Of a stretch of DNA of 45,631 bases, positions 35,404-45,631 are shown one piece after another. The notes under the pieces were generated by a model, which saw only the letters and a program-made list of their open reading frames with translations, made no database searches and had not been told where the DNA came from. Origin of the DNA: Geosiphon pyriformis uo1 (taxonomy: Eukaryota > Fungi > Glomeromycota); assembly GCA_016748015.1 (NCBI GenBank), contig JAAOMT010000620.1, positions 794,914 through 840,544 on the forward strand. The letters run 5' to 3'. The position numbers and the translations under genes are program-made. Positions within the stretch are counted from its first letter, which is position 1; the number at the start of each line of letters is the position of its first letter.

Positions 35404-36955
35404 ATGGGTGATTATTCATATCTGCCACAACAATCAGAAGAACACTTTGAAGCACACAACAAAAACAATCTAGATTTTATTGAACTTAATCCTTTGTCCT
35501 CCTGCTTGATTTGCTTTCCCATTGAAAAACAATCCAGCAGACAATTCCAAGACTTTTGGAACTGGTTCCTGAATGAGCATTCAGCTGAAATTTACACAGC
35601 TTATACAACCTATTACTTTGACCAAGCTTATTTTAAGACAACTTTGAAGAAAAAAACAACAGTATTAATCAGTTCTTATATTCTACAACTTTTGAACAAC
35701 AGCCCCTTAATTTCGAATATCTGAATTATTAAATCCACATTTGAATTGCTGTCCATCAATCAACTGAAACTTCTCTTGAAACAGAAGAAAAAAGCTATCA
35801 AACTGCTCCCATTTTTAATTTTTTTTTAAGTAAATCAAAACACTCTACACAAACAGTTACATCTGAACCAATGGCTCAAGACCCTTTACAACAAAACATT
35901 CTAATTACCATCCAAGATATACAGACTGCTTTAGGGTGAAAAAACAACACCCTATTACCATTATTCAGAAGTAATACCCAAGATCTAATTGAATGGCTAG
36001 ATGATTTAAGAGAGCTGCCACAGCAAACCAATATGATAATGAATACAAGTTTTAAATTATTGGTGGCTACCTCCAAGGCTCTTCTGCTACTTAGTTCTCA
36101 TAAGAAACCAATATTAATATTTAACAAAGAATCATTAGATGGACACCAGCAAATGCTGGAGAAGATAACACCTCTTTCATTACCTGGTTTGAAACAAAAT
36201 TTAGAACTCCTATGTTGATATTCAAATGGCACATGGAGTTGGAAAAAAAAACCCAAGGCCCAAGAAAAATAGTAACTGAATATGCTAAAGTCATTAGAAA
36301 ACTAATTAAGTGTGTAGACTCTGGTAGAAATTGAACAGAAGAACAAAAGATTCATTTTTTTACAAAAGAATTGAGAACTGATCTTTCATATGCTTTTTGG
36401 CCCCTTCTGGTCCTGAAAGATAATCCCACAATGGATATGGCCATTGAACTTGTTCAGAGAATAGAAGACAACCAAAGAATACACCTAGGATCTATTTTTC
36501 CAGTTTTTGCTCCTGCTCCTGTTATGATTCCAGCTCCACAAATAGTTGCTATCTCTTTTGTCACTCACACTCAAGACCCCAATGAACAATTAATAGACAG
36601 ACTTACTGCTAACCTTATTTGGCTATTAGAACCATTAGTCTAAGCAGTCAAAGACAACCAGCAATTCCAAAAACCCAGATTTGAACTCTGCTTCAATCAA
36701 CCCCAACAACCACCATATCAAAGACAACAAAATTGTGACCCACCTGTATGCTATCACTGTAGACTAACTGAACACTTTTCCAGAGACTATAACAATTCTC
36801 CATTGCCTTCTTCAGCTTCTAAAAATAATAACACCTAGAATAACAGATCCAACAATAATAATGTTCTCAATCAAAGACCCAATTATGCCAACATTAATTT
36901 TTTTGGAGAGGATATCTTAGTTAAAGCTACTGTTTATCAGCCTTTAAACTGGTAG
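35404..36955 (+). pseudogene. gag: Gypsy B3 gag
   Basis: NPTMDMAIEL..RIEDNQR; CYHCRLTEHFSRDY (decayed CCHC, ~36749-36790); stop TAG 36953-36955. Confidence 0.85.
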
Positions 36956-36990
36956 GCACATCTCTAAAGGGTAAGAGTGCAAGTCAATCA
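36943..36990 (+). promoter_or_regulatory. Putative -1 ribosomal frameshift signal (T TTA AAC plus downstream stem)
   Basis: Heptamer at 36943-36949 is in the gag frame, just before the gag stop. The -1 frame is open into the protease ORF at 37039. Confidence 0.72.
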
Positions 36991-39900
36991 GAAGAAAACT
37001 CTTTTTACGCTTTTAATCTAACTGATGATAACCATAATATGAATGAACTGGCAATTAATACCTCTGACTTAACAAGAAAGAAGAAAAAAGCCAAGGTTGA
37101 TTTTGTTTTAGATTTCAACAAAGTCTCAACTTCCACTGCTGACAACAATGAGCCACCAAAGGCTAAAGTTTTTAAAAATTTCCCAAAGTTGGAATCTTCA
37201 GAAATAATACAAAAATCTGGCCCCTATTTTGTTGTTAAAAATCTTATGGAAACCTCAGTACACATTACATTTGGCCAACTAATGACCCATTCACAGTTCA
37301 GAAAAGATCTTTGCAAATCATTGATACCAAAGAAGAAGACACCAAAAACCAATAAGCATTCCTGTCAAGCTAGACTTGTTAATAACAGCAATGTTATTTC
37401 TCTGATTTGCAAAGTCCAAGTGACTGGCTACTTTATTGATTTAATTCTAGACAGTAGATCATCTGTTAGTGTAATTGCCAAACACTTTCTGGAAGTCATT
37501 AGAAGAAAAATTGATGAAACTTTCTACCTGGCCTATGACTAATGTACATAGTGACAAAAAGAAAGATCTGAGTATAGCCAAAGCTATTCCTGTTTGCATC
37601 AATGGTATTAGCATTGAAACAGACATGAAAGTATCTAAAGCAAAAGAGTATACTATCATTGTTGGTAATAAGTGGCTTAAGAAAACCAAAGCACTACTTG
37701 ACTATGAACTTTGTGAACTAATTATCAGATGTAATGAAAAACTCATTGTGGTTAAATGCCATTATTGGACAACTCTTCTAATAACCAAACAAAACCAAGA
37801 AGAAAAACAATTAAATGAATCAAATAATAATGAGAGTGATAATAAAAAAGATCAAGAAGAACAAAAAAAAACTGTTGAACTTGCCTATACTATCTTTACC
37901 AACAATGGCAAGCCACTGGTTCATGTTAAAGCTGACAAAAAAGAAATCATAGTAAATAGCAAGCTGATCTGCTGGTTTTATTATGACATTCTCAGAAGGA
38001 CTTTTGATAAAAAACCTGGCAAGAAAGCCAAATACAGCTATTGGTTGTGTCAGGTGCTGGTGTGATAAACTTTTATATTCTCTTAGTAATGAATACAAGT
38101 CCTGCCTAATCTATTACAAAGATTGGGAGCCAATTAGTTTGATACCTAGAAAAAAACTAAAAGAAGTACAGAAGTTTTTTGAGAGTAAACCACTTGAAAT
38201 TCAATCCCTAATTGTAGAACAAAGAGAACCTTCCTCTGAAGAAAAAAAAAAGGATATTGAAAATCTGTTGGCTAGAAATGGCCCAGTTATTTCAAAAGAA
38301 GATGACACCCCTGGACGAACTCATGTGATACAACACACTATCACCACAAAAAAAACTTATCTCATCTATTTAAAGCTTTATCAATCCAATCAATGCAATG
38401 ATAAGTTTATCAAAAAAGAGATAAACATGATGAAATATCTTGAATTCATACAAAAAACCAAGAGTGAATAGGCTTTTCCAGTTGTAGTGATATCCAAAAA
38501 AGGTGGAATCCTATGCTTCTGTGTTGACTACTGCCAACTAAATGCCATCACTATAAGAGACATATACTTATTCCCCAAAATTGATGCAATACTAGATAAA
38601 TTCAATAGTGCTGCTTTCTTCTCAATTATTAACTTAACTGCTGAATTCTGACAAGTAGAAATAGATCCAGAAAGCAGAAAGAAAACTGCCTTCATTACCA
38701 AATATGGCACCTATGAATTCACAGTCATGCCTTTTGATCTTACCAATACTCCTCTTATCTTTCAATGCCTAATGGATAAAGTGTTTGAATCAGTAAAAAA
38801 AAACTTTGTTTTGGTTTACTTGGACAACATAATAGTATATTCAAAAACCTGGAATAAATATCTTGAACATTTACAGAAGGTTTTTGACCTGCTCAGAAAT
38901 GCTGGCCTTAAGATCAATCCAATCAAATCTTTCTTTGGACACCAATCCACCCAGTTTCTTGGTCATCTTATTACAAAAGATGGAATCTTTCCTGACCCAG
39001 CTAAAGTTGAAAAAGTTCAGAACATTAGACAACCAATGAATGTTCCTAAACTATGCTCTTTTCTTGGTTTGGTCTCTTACTATTGCAAATTTATTAAAAA
39101 TTTTTCCAAAATCGCTTTTTCTCTTAATTAGCTACTCAGAAAAAATGTCAATTATTATTAGGGCACTCATCAACAAAAAGCTTTTGAAATTCTAAAGAAA
39201 AAACTTGTTACTAAACCAATTTTCAAGCAACCTGATCTGAACCAACTTTTTATCCTCTACACTAATGCATCTGGCTATGGACTTGGTGCTGTCTTTTCAC
39301 AGAAGAATGAAAATTGCAGAGAACATGCCATAGCATATGCCAGTAGATTTCTCATACCAGCAGAAAAGAACTATTCAGTTACTGAACAAAAATGTTTAAC
39401 AGTAGTTTGGGCTATTAGCTACTGGGATCAATATCTTCTTAGTGCAAAATTCTTAGTGGTAACAGATCATCAAGTCTTGGTTTGGCTGCACAATAAAAAG
39501 AAGTTGGAACACAAATAAATAACTTACTGAATACTCTACTTGAATAAATTTGACTATGATATTCAACACTACAAAAGAGCAAATCATCAAAACACTGACA
39601 CTCTCTCTAGACTTACCATTCAGTGATAGTACAACCTCTCAAACCAAACCAACTTAATTATTAATAACTCCATCACAAACAAACACAATAATAGACTTGG
39701 ACAACTATTCTGCCTTAATGAAATTTTTGGGTAAAGGACAATACCCATCAGAATACACTTGACAGCAAAAAGAATATTTGTGCAAACAATCAAATTTCTA
39801 TTTGATCTGCCAGAACCAATTATATAAAAGAAACAAAAAAGATCCTAACCACCTCCAAAGAGTCATCAAATTTGAAAAAAGAGAAATTGTAATATACAAC

Positions 39901-40339
39901 ATATACACTAATTCATTAGCTGGATACTTTGGAAAAACAAAGACAATTCAGAAAACTTTAGCTCACTATTATTGGCCTATCTTGGGAAAGAACATTGCTG
40001 AATACATCAAAACCTGTGACATCTGCCAAAAAAAAGGCAAACTCAATCACAAAGAAGATATCCATCCAATCTTTGTTGGTCAACCATTTGACAGAATTGG
40101 TATAAATGTTTTTGGACCTTTAACAATAATTCTTGATGACAACAAATACATTATTACAGCTACCAACTATTTTACAAAGTGGGTAGAAGCAAGAGCCACT
40201 CCAGATCAAACAGCAGTTTTAATAGCCAATTTCATTTATGAAGATATTATCTGCCATTATGGCTGTCCCAAAGAACTTTTATTTGATAGAGGAAGAGCTT
40301 TTTTCAGTATACTAGTTGAAGAACTTTGTAGAAAAATTG
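36943..40339 (+). pseudogene. pol: Gypsy B3 pol (PR-RT-RH-IN core), cut by C1
   Basis: LILDSRSS, IIVGNKWL, MPFDLTN, VYLDNI, CDICQ, YFTKWVEARA, GCPKELLFDRG. Confidence 0.92.
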
Positions 40340-41216
40340 TGTTACAGATGATTATTTGGGATCTCAAAGCAAATAACAAACCCATAACTTGGTGCTTAAT
40401 TGATGATGTTAGTAATGTCTGAAGGTGTTTTGATTGGCAGGTTTTGATTGGAGTTTTTTGTATAATGGACAGAAATTCCCATGTTATTTTATCTGTAGCT
40501 TCTTGGAATTACAATTTTGTCAATTTTTTTCTCAGTGTGGTGGCTGGCAATCCTCTAGTAAGCAATCTGTAATTCTTACACATTTTACCCACTTACAAGG
40601 ATCTTTTACCAAACAATCCTTAACATCAATACTTAGCATTTAATTTTCAATCAATTAGTATACACAACAAAAATAAAGACAAAAATAAAAGAAATAAAAA
40701 AAAATAAAGACAATAAGCCAAGACAATGTACATTAGTATCCTATCAATAGCTGTGATCAAAAGCTATTGTTCTCATATATTTTAAGTATTAATTACTATT
40801 ACCATTTAGGGTTAATAGTGAACAACTGGATTTGAGATACTAAATAAGTATATTTATTGATATTTTGGAATGCTATGGTTTCTAACTGGAGAACAATAAC
40901 TAAAGAATTTCTTTTTTCTCCCTCTTCTTTTTCTGCTTTTAATGTTACTGCTATATATATGTATTTTCTAGTTTTACAAGATAACTTTGAATCATCTGTT
41001 CTTGTTAGCTATTGCTTTGTTTTCTTACGTTATAACTAATTATCCTATGTTATAACATGTTATCTGATGTTATTACATGTTATTCTATGTTATTCCATGC
41101 TATAACACATTATTCTACATTATAACACATTATCTTACATTATAATGCATTATCCAACATTATTGCATGCTATTCTGTGTCCCTTCACATTTCATCATGT
41201 TTTTTTTTAGGTCACA
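40340..41216 (-). repeat. C1 3' LTR (inner boundary 41189 or 41216)
   Basis: Minus-strand end ...CTGTAACA; TATA-like box at ~40951; ~10-bp tandem units at 41030-41175; two candidate TGTG starts. Confidence 0.7.
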
Positions 41217-41280
41217 TTTTTTTCTTCTTTTTTTAATAGGCTTTTTTTCTTTAAGTAATATTATTTCTTCCTTTTTAATA

Positions 41281-42044
41281 TTAAGCTCCTATGAAGTCGG
41301 TTATGTCTATTAATAGAACTTCATTTATGTAATGTTCAATGGTTATGTTGATTATGGCTTTTTGTAAATCTTTGAACTGTTAATTAGTCATTCATTCTAT
41401 GTTGTTAACTGTTATTTTTTTCAAAGATCCATCCAATAGTATGTTTGGACAATGTTAAAAAGTGACATATAATTGACATGCTGCCTTGTAGTATAGTGTT
41501 AGGTTGCTTCTTCTTATGAATTCTTTTACTTGTTGTATTGTTTTGTTGTTGAAAGTTTTTTGGTTGTAGTCTTCATATGGGTTTTCTAAGTCTAGTTGTT
41601 TTCCAATTTTGTAAAACCAATATATTGGAGGAAGTTTTTTTTTCCACTTCTGAGCATTGTTTGGTGTCTACTTCCCTGTTTCGGAGAGTTCGGTCTCACG
41701 AGCTAAAGATTTTTTAATTTTTTTTAGCCCAAAAGCCAAGTATGTTGTATATAATTGTTTTTGTCTTCTATCTAATTTTTTCACTTCTTCTTCTTCCTCC
41801 TCTCCTTTTCTTCACATCCTGCCCAAGAAGTATATTTAATTCTTTTTTGTAAAATTTTCTTCTTGGGCAGAGTGTAGAAATGGGAATGGTTAGTTCTAGT
41901 TAAACTCTCATCCATCTCTTTCTTCTTCTTATCTTTATATCTTATCTCTTTTTTATCAATTATAATTTCTATTTAAGATGTAAATTTTTGAATTTTGTTA
42001 AATAATTGTTTAGATAATTTTAAAATTTTGTCTAAAAAGTCCAT
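41281..42044 (-). pseudogene. Additional ORF downstream of integrase in C1 (~250 codons, unknown function)
   Basis: MDFLDKILKLSKQLF...PPIYWFYKIGKQLDLENPY...LYYKAACQLYVTF*HCPNILL...DFIGA*. Long in-frame runs with scattered stops explicable as C>T changes. Confidence 0.6.
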
Positions 42045-42343
42045 GTTTGAAATTTTTATCATTCCCTTCTTTGTGGTCTCAAGGCTTATATGCATGTAAT
42101 ATCTAGATTTTGGTATATGTGTAGCTATGTTTTAATAATTATTATTGGTTCCATATCTCATGGTATATTTTCTGATCTGATTAATAGAATTTGTGCTCTT
42201 AGTTGTGATTTCACTAATCTAATTATAACTTATAAAATCTGTTTCCTAAAATTTTGTGTATGTGAAATGGTCTATTGTTACTCATAAAAATATAGAAAAT
42301 ATATTAGCATAATTATTAGCCAATCAGAAGTAAGCATAGTAAA

Positions 42344-43093
42344 TGTGGAATTCCAGGATTCCTCTCAGGAATTGCAGGATTTCAGGAATTTCAGGATTCC
42401 CCGATGAGGAATTGCAGAATTCCAAAATTCCAAGAATTCCAGGATTTCTGTTATGAAGAATCGAGGAATTGAGGAATCTCAATTATGTATATATAGTGGT
42501 AGTATTAGAAACAGAAAAGACAGAATTAATACTACAGAATCCTTAGCCTAGAAACAAAAATCATCAAATAAATAATTATTCTATATCTTAATCCACTCTC
42601 TACTATTAACACTTCATGTTAATAATAAGTGATACTTAACCACACTGAAACAATAGCTCTTGATCATGGCTATTGACAGGATACTAATCTGCAAATTGCC
42701 TTGGCTTATTTTTTTTCTTTCTTTATTTTTCTCTTATTTTCTTTATTTTATTTTGATTTATTATTGTGTACTAACTCATTGATTGAAAAGTGCTGATTAC
42801 TGACATCAAGGATTGCCTGGTAAAAGACCCCTGTAAGAGAGTAGGACATGTACAGAAGATACAGATTACTTACCAGAAGATTGCCGGCCACCAAGCCGAG
42901 AAAAGAATTGACAGACTTGCAAGTCTGGGAAGCTACAGATAAAACAACTATTGAATCTCTGTTCATTATACAAAAGACTCCATCAAAACCTTCAGATACA
43001 ACACTCGCAAAACCTTATCAATGGAAGTAGCTTCATGAACATCAAGTTATGGGTTGTTATTTACTTCAACAGCAGAAATAATCTTCTGTAATA
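42344..43093 (+). repeat. 5' LTR of Gypsy C2
   Basis: TGTGG...CTGTAATA (decayed ...ACA); 9-bp AGGAATTCC repeats at 42346-42480; TATATATA at ~42488; PBS follows. Confidence 0.8.
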
Positions 43094-43095
43094 TT

Positions 43096-43112
43096 TGGTG
43101 CTCCCTGTAAGG
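43096..43112 (+). promoter_or_regulatory. PBS of C2
   Basis: TGGTGCTCCCTGTAAGG, 2 nt after the LTR end. Confidence 0.8.
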
Positions 43113-43152
43113 TATAATTCTACAGAGAACCAGCACCAACCCAAATCTAAAC

Positions 43153-45631
43153 ATGGCAGAATCAGAAAATATAGGAGCAAACCATTTAGAATTCGCGAAA
43201 TCCTTGTTTCAACAATACAGCTAACAATTAGGATTAAACAGTAATCATTATCCAGCCGAATCAGCCTTCAACTTTTACATCAACGACAGAATCACTGAAT
43301 GCTTAGGAGGAACAGTTAACATTGAAACAGCAAGAGAAAACTTTTACACAGAATTATTCCAACACACCAACTTACCAAGGAACTATAGTTTTGCACCAAT
43401 AATTAGAGAAATCAACCAGACTATTGAAAAGTACATTCAACAACAATTTCCTATTACCTATGTAGACAAAGGTAAAGGAAGAATACAAACACCAACAGCA
43501 ATACCAAAAGGAATACAATTACCTAGTTGGAAGAAGCACAGAGTAGAATCACCAACTGCTCCATCATATCACTACACACCTGGAAGTGCCATTAACATCT
43601 TATCAGCAAACACATCCACCTCAAATACAACATTAACAGTTGGAAGATTCTAGTTCCAAAGCAAACAACAGAAAGAAGATTTACTAGGGCCATACGGAGC
43701 GTATTTTGAAGGATTTAAATCATGATTACCAACTCCATCAGGAATTCGATCACTGCCACCTCAACCAGACTTTGGAATCACTACCCCATGGGAACTATCA
43801 GAAGAAGAATTGGAAGATCAAAAATTTACTTACCAAAACCCAATCACTGAAAACCTGGAAGTTAAAACCCTGAATTTTCAAGCTCAGCAAAGTCTAAATC
43901 TAGAAAATTTGGAAATCAAAACCCGAATCATCAAAAGCAGAACAATCCAAATCCCGAATTAAGTAATCAGCAAAACTTATCTCCAGTAATCATCATCGAT
44001 CAACTGCCAATTAATCTAGTAGCCAAACTCATACAACAGTTATTTCAACTACCACCCCAACAACCAGTACAACAACAACCACTTCAACAGCCACCACAAC
44101 AATCCAACTTAGATCCAATGGCCTACACACCAATCACAAAACTTGACAACTTTACTGGCGAAGAAGATGACGTGCAAGTATGGCTGAATAATGTAGAGAA
44201 AGCCATTACTGCAAATGGATGGAATGATGCCTAAGCATTTCAAGCCATCCCATACTTTCTAAAAGACACTGCAGATGCATGGTATCAAAGTCTAGATGTT
44301 AAACCCCAAAACTTCAACAACTTCAAGACAAAATTCATAAGATATTTCAGCAACAATAATAGTATCAACAAATTAGCCAATCTTTTTACTACCATCAAAC
44401 AAGGAGATACTGAAGCAGTCACCACTTACTTGGGACGCTTCCATAGAAACTTATGCCAGATCCAAGCAATTCAAGCTAACTATTTTACAGTGCCACAGAT
44501 TTTAAACCAATTTATTAGAGGTTTGTGCAGTAATCTTCTCCAGCGAGTACATCCAATGCATCCAGTTGACCTTCTTATCGCAGTTACACATGCCAGAGAT
44601 TTTGAAGCAGCTGAGTTAGAAGCCAACCACACCCAAGCAGTAAACCTAGTAATAAATGAATCATCTGAATTGGACTCCAAACTGAAACAGTTCAGTGAGT
44701 CAATTAATCAGAAACTAGAGGAATACTTAGCTGACAATTGCACCATATATCAAACATCACAACAACGCCATAATTCAGAAAATGCGAATCGTTTCCAAAA
44801 TCAATCATGGTCATCATCTTTGATTACATCTAGTCTACCATGGCAGCTGGAAATGCGTGCTTGCCACAACTGTGATAAACAAGGCATATTCGAGTTAATT
44901 GCCATACTTATAGCAACCAACGATCAGGAAATCAATACAGAAATCCTGATCGCCAGTTCCAAACTCTGAATTGTTATCTGAATCAAGATCAAGACCAATA
45001 TCAAACTACTTACCTGCCAATGATGTAGCAACCAATTTATCAACCACCAATATATTAACCTTCAATTTATCAACAGCAGTCTCCAGTAATTTATTAGCCA
45101 CAGTCCCAAATAATTTATTGGTCTCAACCATCAATCCAAACACCGCTCCAAAACTCAGCTACAATGACATCAGGAAACCCAAGACCCAGAATTGCTCAAA
45201 ATTGGAGATCAGCAATGGTTGTTCATCAACTGGTCCCCAGCTCCTCTCATCAGAGCTTAGGATCCCATTCTTGGAATTTGGGTACAGGCGCCACCCAAAA
45301 CCCGACTTCCCAACACTATTTAAGTCTCTTGGTTACCCCAGAAAATGCTTCAACTAGCAACCAGGAACCCACCCAAAAACAACAAACACTTACCAGTAAT
45401 ATTCCGCCAGCAACAGTCACCAATGATGAATTACTAACCGCCATCTTCCCATTCGAGATCAAAGAACCATCAAGTACACCATTATTTAGTGGAGCCACTC
45501 TTGATGAAAAACCCATTACCGTGATGTACACAGATGCTAAGATTGATGGTCAATCTATTAAATTGATTCTCAATGGTGGTTCAGTAGGCAGTATCATCAC
45601 ATGACAACTCATGAATCAATTAGGTTGCCAA
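43153..45631 (+). pseudogene. Gypsy C2 gag-protease, running off the window
   Basis: MAESENIG...PAESAFNFYINDRI; KLDNFTGEEDDVQVWL; QFIRGL; CHNCDKQG; KLILNGGSVGSII. Clearly related to D gag/PR. Confidence 0.88.

Larger units (their letters stand above)
40340..42343 (-). mobile_element. Gypsy family C copy C1: 3' end (integrase tail, extra ORF, 3' LTR)
   Basis: 40340-40790 is an inverted homologue of 42640-43093. RPFHIHKILGNRFYKL (decayed GPF) at ~42277-42228. Purine tract on the minus strand at ~41217-41234. Confidence 0.8.

Noticed and set aside
40434-42287. Short plus-strand Phe/Ser-rich ORFs (40434, 40857, 41657, 42090)
   Set aside because: Antisense to C1 or within its LTR, with no recognisable motifs.
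40340-43093. Large inverted repeat suggesting a DNA transposon or DIRS element
   Set aside because: Better explained as two related LTRs in opposite orientation. The right one is followed by a PBS and gag, and there is no transposase or tyrosine recombinase.

Overview
Gene-free, AT-rich eukaryotic DNA made entirely of nested retrotransposons. The element families and heavy CpG/C-to-T decay suggest a Glomeromycota-type (Geosiphon-like) fungal genome; this is an inference. Contents: (1) eight copies (A1-A8) of a ~2.4 kb poly(A)-tailed element with 13-16 bp TSDs and a single ~740-codon ORF (RRM-like domains, CCHC knuckle, coiled coil, acidic tract). This protein is visibly homologous to ORF1p of (2) a decayed autonomous APE-type LINE in the same window, so family A looks like an ORF1-only, HAL1-like non-autonomous retroposon. 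(3) Three copies of Ty3/Gypsy family B, with a -1 frameshift signal between gag and pol. (4) Two copies of related Gypsy family C, one with an extra ORF downstream of integrase. (5) A young, CpG-rich LTR element D (21833-27710, 4-bp TSD) encoding Gag-protease-Cys-rich domain-dUTPase, with no visible RT/integrase (gap caveat). (6) An LTR end at the left edge. Junctions suggest the whole window lies inside one old Gypsy copy (B1), nested up to 6 deep. One 771-bp contig inside element D is mis-scaffolded. Nearly all ORFs in the supplied track are fragments or antisense shadows of these elements.
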